A stretch of 21,502 nt of DNA from an uncultured virus (IMG/VR IMGVR_UViG_3300021431_000011) (lineage: Duplodnaviria > Heunggongvirae > Uroviricota > Caudoviricetes), in the IMG/VR virus record IMGVR_UViG_3300021431_000011; one strand, written 5' to 3'. Under the pieces are notes generated by a model that saw only the letters and a list, made by a program, of their open reading frames with translations, was not told the origin of the DNA and ran no database searches. The translations under genes were made by a program, and so were the position numbers. Every line of letters begins with the position of its first letter. Position 1 is the stretch's first letter. Below, piece by piece: positions 11,701 to 17,426 of the stretch.

Positions 11701-12831
11701 CGAATACTTATATTTTATGGACTCGGTTCCAGTAATAACGGCAAATGGGTTGAGATACGTAAAGGTACGCTTAAGCTCGAAAAGGGCAACAAAGCCACTG
11801 ATTGGACGCCAGCACCAGAGGATATGGCTACCAATTCGTCTGTTGACCAGACGTATGTTCAAAATCTTACGCCATATTTTCAGATGGATATGAGCCAAGC
11901 ATCCGATGAATACTGGGCGAATCTTACATACGCACGATTCACCAGGCTTGGCGACGGATGGGCGCATTTCGAGTATAATAATACAGGTAGTTCGACTGTT
12001 AGTAGCTACATCGGTCCGAAAGCCATTAGCACGTTGCTTCCTGGTGGCAATTATACGCTCCTTGCCGAGTTCAGGAATGTTGTTATCAGTGGCGCAACCA
12101 ATGGGTCTTTCTATTCTCAGCAAATCTCTAACGCCCAAATTTGGGGAACCGAGGCATATGGCGGCTTTTCGATTACTAATGCCCAGCTTATTGCTTTAGA
12201 GAATGGCGAAGGAAAGTTCTATAAGTCTCTCACGCTTCTTGATGCCGAATCAAAAGATCCAAGCGGCACTGTCAGAGGTACCCTACCAAAGACAATTTTC
12301 ATGACCATTAACCAGCAAGTTGCGGGTAGCCAGTCAGTATCCTATGACATCCGTCTCTCCCTCTACGAAGGCACATATACCGGACCGTACAAGCCATATT
12401 CTGGCGATGTGTTGTTTGCTACAAATACAGCGCTGACGGGCACTAACGAATCACTCGAAGGTGCCATTGCCGACATCGGCGAACTTTCAGACCAGCTTGT
12501 TGGCACCATAACGGAGCAGAACAAGACAATTACCACCATCCAGACGTATCTTAACTCATTGAGACAGGATCTTGACGCAGAGATTCAATCGCGGCAGCAG
12601 TGGCTCAACTTCGACACGGCTGAGGGTCTGGTAATCGGAGCAAAAAACAGCACGTTCAAGACGGTCACGACCAATACCTCACAGCAGTTCCGCAGCGGAG
12701 GTACGATTTTGGCAGAGACGAGTGGCACGGAGTTCGTGGCGCCCGTCATGCGCTCGGACCAGCTTCTCATAGGCAACTGGATGTGGACTAGGCGAGATAA
12801 TGGAAACCTGTCCCTCAAGTGGATTGGATAG
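5767..12831 (+). CDS. Large tail fibre / host-specificity protein with eight CBM-like modules
   Basis: 2354 aa, AGAGGT RBS upstream. Contains coiled-coil repeats, five GGRNL...W(T/S)PAPED modules, three NL(S/T)P...SLYEG.Y.GPYKPY modules, and a C-terminal LVIG...GNWMW...NGNLSLKW end typical of siphovirus fibres. Confidence 0.88.
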   Translation: MLKSEAAAYLAGVTQTEGAEASAPTNLHVITGEVGEASADGKTLVKIDGLMFSESDDQFIEVDALGGLEEGDIATIVLTGEQGHAMTPLALGSIGSVDRITVRIAAIEADYIKVEQLDAAKARIGELEADHVSVNDFNAATGRIGTLETTRATITDLNAATARIGTLEADHVSTDDFSAATARIGTLETNTADIGTIRANSAKVQNLTAAELEADHATVGSLSTNYAHITNGVIDNATIGYADVNNLSAHYAEIQNGKINSALIDTAAIVDEQVFTVTGNKATLAQIDASKINVLNLKAKDIEVERINGQPVTNKTLVDALSQHESDISDLDSKIDDEVEALNDRIDGAIETFTGTVVPTLENTPASSWNTVKLKDQHVGDVYYVVNSQSAQNGYCYRFTKSGSTYSWQLIKDSDVTAALSRLQTAEGKIGDIETFDETVGSFMTNTDDELSSLKAKDTQLETSLGDKVSTSTFNTVSQKVDTNEANITSMSTVLTNNGLTSSTNITNTVNSVKQTADTNKASITSLTQTVNNKADGSTVTTLTNRVSTVEQNLSGITTRVGKTESAIETVSNPNLSPYLSHTFGDTDYWQSASKPNKSSELGDIGTYLGDGWMHVDMDNSARSGMAYLNCFWVNSDSNITELTKYTFLVEIRNLTFSAGTKIYVRPTTNNTTASRKGQFGTTYTIDVTESKNIYQVATTRSDFSGCATISDGYVWVDAGTNASFDIRISLYEGEYSGPYKPYVDQTLIRRVKSAETAIEQNAEDITLRATKTEAYQSAQPNLSPFFSQYKDDVHSNTNSDGYWYQSSADGFPSLITTWDFEQETVNGDGWAHFVANNTATITLYAHAYVHKDALQLKPSTKYTFLVEWLDVASTGGTPVLYTTTQHGGTGGVNNDYFTTTTSASLTSGSGSKYISATTRDVLDSGCNNVIRSHIWIGTGISTSGYIRISLYEGEYAGPYKPYSGSWLYATQSELKVANDNINLKVSKNDVINQINVSTEGAKIQASKVEIDGTAIFSAIKSSADAAYDAKGAAATVQDNLDNLEVGGRNLLPQTQNWGKVSTSNGTGTITSDMKAGCQILKFVWGSGSADVFFTGKWTRPLEANAWYTLSFWARADAAIDLRNYLWSPAVVDEGRNSVGRTTSSSDGAILTPITTSWERYWIAWHVKVGSSLPNNVMIGRLLSAGTVYFAGAKFEKGNKATDWTPAPEDQTAYVDDSISSIQVGGRNLLTDSDDITKCFDSSSNITSIVGGKADPDGGNGAYLITPNTTNWWAGPRGARLRLTKLGVSYTFSIWLRADNATQCRMCCRYMDSTPYSSNATRVNINVTTEWKRFFISAPLKQVQTGDSVWIGYLSTTPLYVYHPMVEMSSTPSDWSPAPEDQTAYVDAVKIGGRNLATGTANSTNFSGSAATYFAPIGFYPTSDIGLNLLKDTSNTKFTLSFDWSTADVTTAYNMFPAFKYTSTSYTSLTGGPTISVPTGASSGHYEYTFEPTSAQRTYGTMWLLSKNNTNTTQCGTVTISNFMFECANKASTWTPAPEDVASDIAAAQATANAAAPKASAVKRTQRIWYRTNGSSAPATPGTASSNWVTKANDGNDAWTKMHIAINSTHKYIYTCEQYEMANGTVGYTSVLLDNTITVIDGGNIITGSVTANKLNAANINASKTLTVGAMTDAAASSILNSNVVVGGRNLFADSKALSTAKWTFDQGATRGDNLATLAANASSRIYQMPAYGYWSWKPNTEYVVSVEAKASASGGKMTFNMVGAGGNKLKTFDLTTSWARYSWAFTSDATVSTGSASIYNSTNTGTVQVRLPKLEEGNKATDWTPAPEDQTAYVDDSVSSIQVGGRNLLLWTATLPKGSDNTVSGKDGIAAWGDTLGQLIETDEGIRLNAAGNSNECIGIPLANNGSVGNNEDVLLTFEARGNITSIGQFFWLQESGSNVGFTKWLNGNQTISLSETSWTKFTTNVKHAQANIRTCTRILIFYGLGSSNNGKWVEIRKGTLKLEKGNKATDWTPAPEDMATNSSVDQTYVQNLTPYFQMDMSQASDEYWANLTYARFTRLGDGWAHFEYNNTGSSTVSSYIGPKAISTLLPGGNYTLLAEFRNVVISGATNGSFYSQQISNAQIWGTEAYGGFSITNAQLIALENGEGKFYKSLTLLDAESKDPSGTVRGTLPKTIFMTINQQVAGSQSVSYDIRLSLYEGTYTGPYKPYSGDVLFATNTALTGTNESLEGAIADIGELSDQLVGTITEQNKTITTIQTYLNSLRQDLDAEIQSRQQWLNFDTAEGLVIGAKNSTFKTVTTNTSQQFRSGGTILAETSGTEFVAPVMRSDQLLIGNWMWTRRDNGNLSLKWIG
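6061..6360 (+). repeat. 60-nt (20-aa) tandem repeat, about five units, within the tail fibre
   Basis: Units start at 6061, 6121, 6181, 6241 and 6301; the core is AAT(A/G)RIGTLE (e.g. gcagctaccgctcgaatcggtactcttgag). Confidence 0.9.
7483..12399 (+). repeat. Dispersed type-A modules in the tail fibre (3 copies: 7483-7995, 8104-8655, 11860-12399)
   Basis: Each has NL(S/T)P(Y/F), GDGW(M/A)H, YT(F/L)L(V/A)E and IR(I/L)SLYEG.Y.GPYKPY, with divergent interiors. Confidence 0.9.
8902..11823 (+). repeat. Dispersed type-B modules in the tail fibre (5 copies: 8902-9396, 9436-9909, 9937-10386, 10822-11256, 11296-11823)
   Basis: Each begins (V/I)GGRNL and ends W(T/S)PAPED, mostly preceded by E(K/E)GNKATD. 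Interiors are divergent beta-sandwich (CBM4/9-like) sequences. Confidence 0.92.
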
Positions 12832-12834
12832 CAT

Positions 12835-14571
12835 ATGGCAACAGCATACGGTGGATATTACACTGGGGCAGGTTATAATGCATTCCGTGCGAGGATGGAC
12901 TATTCGACCTCTGCCAGTACCGACACATCTGCGACGATTCAGGTAGTCGTTAAGTGTCAGATGGGTAGCGGTCATGACTCTGGCGGAAACTTCAGGGGAA
13001 CCGCCAACATTAATGGAAGCACGAGTTCGTGGACTGGTGGTGGTTACTACTCCGCAAGCGGAACGTACACGATGGGCACTAAGACACTGTCCATCACCAA
13101 GACACATTCGGCGCAATCCATTACAGTCAAGGCGACAGTCACATCCACATACGCATGGAGCGGTCACAGTTCCACAGCATCTGCAACGGTATCTGTACCG
13201 GCAAAGACGAGTTATAGCATAACCTACAATGCTAACACAGGCAGCGGTGCACCAGGTTCTCAGACCAAGTGGTACGGCGAGACGTTGACGCTATCAACAG
13301 CTACGCCAAAGCTTGACGGCTATGACTTCGTGGGTTGGTCTACTACGCAGAGCACTCCCGGGTCGGGAACAGCAACGTACACAGCTGGTGGCAGCTATAC
13401 GGCAAACTCGGCGACAACGCTCTATGCCGTATGGAAGCGTGCATATATTGCACCGAAAATCAGCGCACTTTCCGTATACCGCGCGTCTGACACGATTGGA
13501 ACGGCATCAGATGAGGGCAAATACTGCTATGTCAAGTGCACGTGGTCGGTTGATCAGACGCTAACCAGCGGCAATAAAGGTAAGACGCTTCTCATAGAGT
13601 ATAAGGCCGCATCTTCGACATCATGGACCTCCGCGAAGTCGGTATCTCTCACAAAAGCATCAGACACCACCCAGACGACGGCGCTCGATACAGCCAGCTT
13701 TGAAACGGGTACAACGTACCATATTCGCGTGACAGTCAGCGACACTTCTGGTCAGACGGGTAACACAGCTTCCGCTATATCGACATTATCTCCAGCGTTT
13801 TATACGTTAGACTTCGGCAACCAAGGTCATAACATAGGAATTGGGCATGCGGCTGATTTGGATTACGGCATTGACGTGGGCATCAAACTACGTTGTGATA
13901 ATGTGAATTTTGAGATTTTGGACTCTGATATTCCTCCAGCCGGCACAGATCCAAGCGGTGATGTAACTATTTGGGGCAATGGCCTCTACATGTATCCATC
14001 GATTGCAGCCGGAGAAACTGATCAAGAATTAGCCGTTGGTTATATTCGAGCTATGCATCGTGGCGATGGCTCTTGGAATCCTCGAGCTCGAGGCATTCAG
14101 ATAGAGGCTCAACGAGGAACTGGAGACAACCGAAAAACTAACGCCTTGAATCTTCTCATCGATAATAGTGGAAATAGAACTGTCGAAATATCGCATCCGG
14201 CTGCTTGGCGAGAAGCACTAGGCGAAACCGATTGGGTGAATCTTAGTCTTGGAAGCAATGCACAATCATATTCTGATTCTTGGGTTCCAAAATACAAGAG
14301 GCATCTTGGCAGTCTTGTCACTATACGAGGTGCTGTTAAACCAAAATCGCAAGTTGCTGCGGGCAATGAGCTTTTAATCGGAACGTTGCCGACCGGATTC
14401 AGACCGAGCTTGCAGTGTAACACCATTTGTCAGGGTTCTGGTGGTGCGATATTCTTGCTGGCCGTTTATGAAGACGGCAAAGTTCAGTGCGAACGTTATC
14501 GTAACGGCTCCACTAATGCCGCTATTCCAACGAGCGCATGGGTTTCGTTCTCATTCACGTTTGCTTTGTAA
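12835..14571 (+). CDS. Putative receptor-binding / baseplate protein with an InlB B-repeat (Listeria-Bacteroides repeat) and a C-terminal RBP head
   Basis: Ser/Thr-rich beta N-terminus. YSITYNANTG...GYDFVGWST...TLYAVWK at 13213-13437 matches the InlB B-repeat pattern. The C-terminal WVNLSL...VTIRGAVK...IGTLPTGFRP resembles phage RBP head domains. Confidence 0.75.
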   Translation: MATAYGGYYTGAGYNAFRARMDYSTSASTDTSATIQVVVKCQMGSGHDSGGNFRGTANINGSTSSWTGGGYYSASGTYTMGTKTLSITKTHSAQSITVKATVTSTYAWSGHSSTASATVSVPAKTSYSITYNANTGSGAPGSQTKWYGETLTLSTATPKLDGYDFVGWSTTQSTPGSGTATYTAGGSYTANSATTLYAVWKRAYIAPKISALSVYRASDTIGTASDEGKYCYVKCTWSVDQTLTSGNKGKTLLIEYKAASSTSWTSAKSVSLTKASDTTQTTALDTASFETGTTYHIRVTVSDTSGQTGNTASAISTLSPAFYTLDFGNQGHNIGIGHAADLDYGIDVGIKLRCDNVNFEILDSDIPPAGTDPSGDVTIWGNGLYMYPSIAAGETDQELAVGYIRAMHRGDGSWNPRARGIQIEAQRGTGDNRKTNALNLLIDNSGNRTVEISHPAAWREALGETDWVNLSLGSNAQSYSDSWVPKYKRHLGSLVTIRGAVKPKSQVAAGNELLIGTLPTGFRPSLQCNTICQGSGGAIFLLAVYEDGKVQCERYRNGSTNAAIPTSAWVSFSFTFAL

Positions 14572-14581
14572 GGAGGATATT

Positions 14582-15193
14582 TTGGAAACACTAATCCGTA
14601 AGGTCATGATGCCAGATGGTGTCGTCCGCAACGAGCACCGTATTACCTGTATCACAAGCCGAATTGACCAAGATACGGTTATTGATGTTGAGAGTTCTGG
14701 TGAAAACGTTTCGGGCTATATTACTAAACTTATCATTTCTCCTTATGAGGGTATTCTAACCGAGGAGCAGGCCTTTGGTATTTTAAAAAATGATCCGTTA
14801 TTCTTAGAGTGGATCGATCCTGTTCAGGATGCACTCGATGAGTTGCTCCCAATCCTGACCGACGAGCAGGCTGAGATGGTTACCAACATGTACCCCGAGT
14901 GGGCTGTTGATATTTCCTACACGGCCGGTGAGCGTGTTCAGTATAACTCGAAGCTTTACCGTTGCGTGCAGGCCCATACTTCTCAGGAGGGTTGGGAGCC
15001 GCCTACTACCACTGCTCTATGGACTCGTACGGCGCAGGAAGGCGAGATTCCCGAGTGGATTCAGCCGACTGGCGCTCAGGATGCCTATAATAAGGGCGAC
15101 AAAGTGATGCATAATGGCTCTACTTGGATTTCCGACGTCGATGCGAATGTCTGGGAACCCGGTATCTATGGATGGACGGCTAGCAATGAGTAA
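14582..15193 (+). CDS. Tail-associated protein with two CBM5/12 (chitin-binding type 3)-like domains; start corrected to TTG 14582 (203 aa)
   Basis: AGGAGG at 14571-14576 precedes TTG. Motifs PEW...YTAGERVQYNSKLYRCVQAHTSQEGWEP and PEWIQPTGAQDAYNKGDKVMHNGSTW. Confidence 0.8.
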   Translation: METLIRKVMMPDGVVRNEHRITCITSRIDQDTVIDVESSGENVSGYITKLIISPYEGILTEEQAFGILKNDPLFLEWIDPVQDALDELLPILTDEQAEMVTNMYPEWAVDISYTAGERVQYNSKLYRCVQAHTSQEGWEPPTTTALWTRTAQEGEIPEWIQPTGAQDAYNKGDKVMHNGSTWISDVDANVWEPGIYGWTASNE

Positions 15194-15875
15194 TTCTCGT
15201 GATGCAATTGTGGCATATTGCCGCAGGAACCTTGGCTGTTCTTATAGCTATACTCCGTCTGGTGGTGTTGAAGGACGATCCTATAATTGTTCCTACCTAA
15301 GCACTTGCGCATACAAAGCCGCAGGTCTTAAGATTCCAGGATGGCAGGGTCATCAAAATGGTGATGGTTCACAGTCAGATTGGGTTTATCGCAATGGTCA
15401 CTGGACTACTGATAAATCTAAGCTGAAACCAGGCGACCTTGTGTTCTTTGGTACAAGTCGCACTAATACCGGTCATGTTGGAGTGGTTAGCAGGTCAGGC
15501 ACAGTCCCTTATATTATCGACAGTACGCCAAGTCGAGGAGTAGCAGAGCGTCTGCTCCCAACTGGTGCAGGCTTTGTTGGAGGAGGCTGGCCGCTTGCTA
15601 ATCTTCCTGCAGACAGTACAAAAACGGAGGGATTTACCGTGAATAAGACAGTCACCGTTCGCAGCGACTTTCTGCGAGTTCGAGACGCCCCGAGTACCAA
15701 GACAGGCAAGGTCGTTATGAGTGGCGGCAAAGAGGTTCATTATGCTAAGGGCGATACCGTAACGATCGATTCTATCATAATTGGAGACGACGGGTATGCA
15801 TGGGGGCACTACATCGGAGCTTCTAGCAAGAAGGACCGCTATATTGCATTAGGAATCCTTGAAAACGCCCGATAA
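15186..15875 (+). CDS. Probable endolysin: NlpC/P60 cysteine peptidase plus C-terminal SH3b-like domain; start corrected to ATG 15186 (229 aa)
   Basis: The ATG overlaps the upstream stop (ATGAGTAA). Motifs YNCS (catalytic Cys), LKPGDLVFF and GHVGVV (catalytic His). The C-terminus LRVRDAPS...YAWGHY...RYIA is SH3-like. Confidence 0.82.
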   Translation: MSNSRDAIVAYCRRNLGCSYSYTPSGGVEGRSYNCSYLSTCAYKAAGLKIPGWQGHQNGDGSQSDWVYRNGHWTTDKSKLKPGDLVFFGTSRTNTGHVGVVSRSGTVPYIIDSTPSRGVAERLLPTGAGFVGGGWPLANLPADSTKTEGFTVNKTVTVRSDFLRVRDAPSTKTGKVVMSGGKEVHYAKGDTVTIDSIIIGDDGYAWGHYIGASSKKDRYIALGILENAR

Positions 15876-15905
15876 ATTAGTTTCCGTCTAATCTGGTGCT
15901 GTGAG

Positions 15906-16076
15906 ATGCAGTTTAATAAACCACTTCCAAAAGACCGATGCCCCGCCTGTGGATCATATATGTATATTCCGCAGGAGTCCATAAGGTCAACTCGCGATGG
16001 AGCTTATTTCGATTTGGTTTGCACAAATTGTACATTACGTCTTTCTAGCTATAAACCAAAGAAGAAAAAGCGTTAG
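15906..16076 (+). CDS. Small zinc-ribbon protein (56 aa), not in the ORF track
   Basis: Manual translation MQFNKPLPKDRCPACGSYMYIPQESIRSTRDGAYFDLVCTNCTLRLSSYKPKKKKR gives CxxC-x23-CxxC. It fills the intergenic gap, with GGTG upstream. Confidence 0.75.
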   Translation: MQFNKPLPKDRCPACGSYMYIPQESIRSTRDGAYFDLVCTNCTLRLSSYKPKKKKR

Positions 16077-16093
16077 AGAGGGGCAGATTTGCT

Positions 16094-17227
16094 GTGCCGA
16101 GGTCCTCCCATGAAAGTCGACGCGAGGGTTTCGTCGACCTAGCCTTAAGCTACGCGGATGACGACAGTCATGGATATTCTCAGAAGCCTCCCTCGGGTCG
16201 ATGGGGACCAGACTATGACTGTTCGTCCTTGCTATATTTTCTAGCTAATGAAGCCGGTTATCCTGTTGGTGCAGGAGGAGATAAAGTGAGGTTCACAGGA
16301 ACTATGCTGAAAGACTTCGAAAAGGCCGGCTTTCAGATTCTACCTTTTGCCAATGTTGGAATCAGCGATTTGGAGGTCGGAGATATTCTCCTAAACCTTG
16401 CTCTGCATGCCGAAGTTTATGTCGGCAACGGAGAGAGTGTCGGGGCAACCGGGAGCGAGACCGGCGGGTATGTCGGAGAAGCAGGAGACCAGACGGGTCG
16501 AGAAATTGAACGGCACCCAGTTACAACATTCGATAAGGAATGGGATTATATTCTTCGACCTCCAGCTGAGGATGAAACAGAAGAAGGTGATGAAGAAGTG
16601 CCTCCTATGAATTATAATACGGCGATGAGTCCTATGCCACAGTACAACATGCCTTCCAGCGGTACTGGACCTCAGGCATACGGTTATCCTCAGGGGAACA
16701 TGGGATATCCGCAGACCACAGTTCCGATGGGGCGTAACTATAATACCGGATACCCGCAAGGTAATCTCGGTCAGATGAACGGATATTCTCAAGCCAATGC
16801 TGGTTATCCGCAAGCTGGCATGCAGGGGTATCCGCAAGGCATGGATAACGACCTTTGCTTTGTAATGGGTATTGAGGGCGCCAAGAATCTTATGGGCACT
16901 CCTAATTCTCGTAAAGCCGTATTCGACGAGGACAAGCTTCTGATGTACCTCGTTAGCTTCGGCCCTCAGGGTTCAGTCAATGATATTCACGTATACAAAA
17001 TCGAGGAATGCTCGGAGGAAATGCCCCAGCATCTGTCGCCGCTTATGAAGCAGAACATGATGCCTATGGGCGGTGGCTTGGGTCAGCAGGATAGTTATAT
17101 TACTCGAGCGGAGTTCGATGAACTAAAGGAGATGCTGTCCAATGCCAAGCCCTCTTCACAGGCAGACCCCAATGCCTCAAAGTCCAATGGGGCAATTCAA
17201 TCCGCAAATGCAGGCAGGACCCGATAG
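16094..17227 (+). CDS. NlpC/P60-like peptidase domain fused to a low-complexity GYPQ-repeat region and an uncharacterised C-terminal domain
   Basis: GTG start. N-terminal HGYSQ...RWGPDYDCSS...GDILLN...HAEVY; acidic linker; GYPQ repeats; C-terminal FVMGIEGAK...YITRAEFDELKEML. Confidence 0.78.
   Translation: MPRSSHESRREGFVDLALSYADDDSHGYSQKPPSGRWGPDYDCSSLLYFLANEAGYPVGAGGDKVRFTGTMLKDFEKAGFQILPFANVGISDLEVGDILLNLALHAEVYVGNGESVGATGSETGGYVGEAGDQTGREIERHPVTTFDKEWDYILRPPAEDETEEGDEEVPPMNYNTAMSPMPQYNMPSSGTGPQAYGYPQGNMGYPQTTVPMGRNYNTGYPQGNLGQMNGYSQANAGYPQAGMQGYPQGMDNDLCFVMGIEGAKNLMGTPNSRKAVFDEDKLLMYLVSFGPQGSVNDIHVYKIEECSEEMPQHLSPLMKQNMMPMGGGLGQQDSYITRAEFDELKEMLSNAKPSSQADPNASKSNGAIQSANAGRTR
16682..16837 (+). 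repeat. GY(P/S)Q peptide repeats (5 GYPQ + 1 GYSQ)
   Basis: Read directly from the translation. Confidence 0.9.
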
Positions 17228-17411
17228 TCCGATGCAACGGATGATATTTAACATGCTCTATCAACGTAATCCACAATTTCGACAAATAGCAGATTCTGTT
17301 AGAGGCATGACTCCGGAACAGGCATGTCAATCTCTCGGAGTCGATATGAATCAATACAATCAAATGCAGAACATAAATCCTAATCAAATACGTCAAATGC
17401 TCGGGTTTTAA
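17142..17411 (+). CDS. Hypothetical Met/Gln/Asn/Pro-rich small helical protein
   Basis: AAGGAG about 10 nt upstream. Overlaps the previous gene by 86 nt. Motifs NPQF and GMTPEQAC. Confidence 0.72.
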   Translation: MPSPLHRQTPMPQSPMGQFNPQMQAGPDSPMQRMIFNMLYQRNPQFRQIADSVRGMTPEQACQSLGVDMNQYNQMQNINPNQIRQMLGF

Positions 17412-17426
17412 TGGAAAGGAACTATC

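Noticed and set aside
8902..11823. Invertible shufflon or CRISPR-like array
   Set aside because: All repeats are direct, in frame and inside one ORF, spaced hundreds of bases apart. No inverted cassettes, invertase or cas genes are seen.
12829..12837. In-frame TAG-CAT-ATG junction suggesting read-through or TAG recoding that fuses fibre and RBP
   Set aside because: In-frame junctions arise one time in three by chance. Other TAG stops (2297, 4672) are followed by out-of-frame genes, and long ORFs are intact under the standard code.
7483..14571. Diversity-generating retroelement (TR/VR) acting on the fibre or RBP
   Set aside because: There is no reverse transcriptase in the window, and the repeat copies differ at synonymous positions of all bases rather than specifically at adenines. 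A template repeat outside the window cannot be excluded.
14441..14581. ORF-track N-terminal extensions (14441, also 15114 and 18354)
   Set aside because: They overlap upstream genes extensively. Better starts with an RBS or stop-start coupling exist at 14582, 15186 and 18531.
14782..14793. Slippery T-TTA-AAA heptamer in the CBM5/12 gene
   Set aside because: A -1 shift would hit TGA immediately, and I saw no stimulatory structure, so there is no support for programmed frameshifting.
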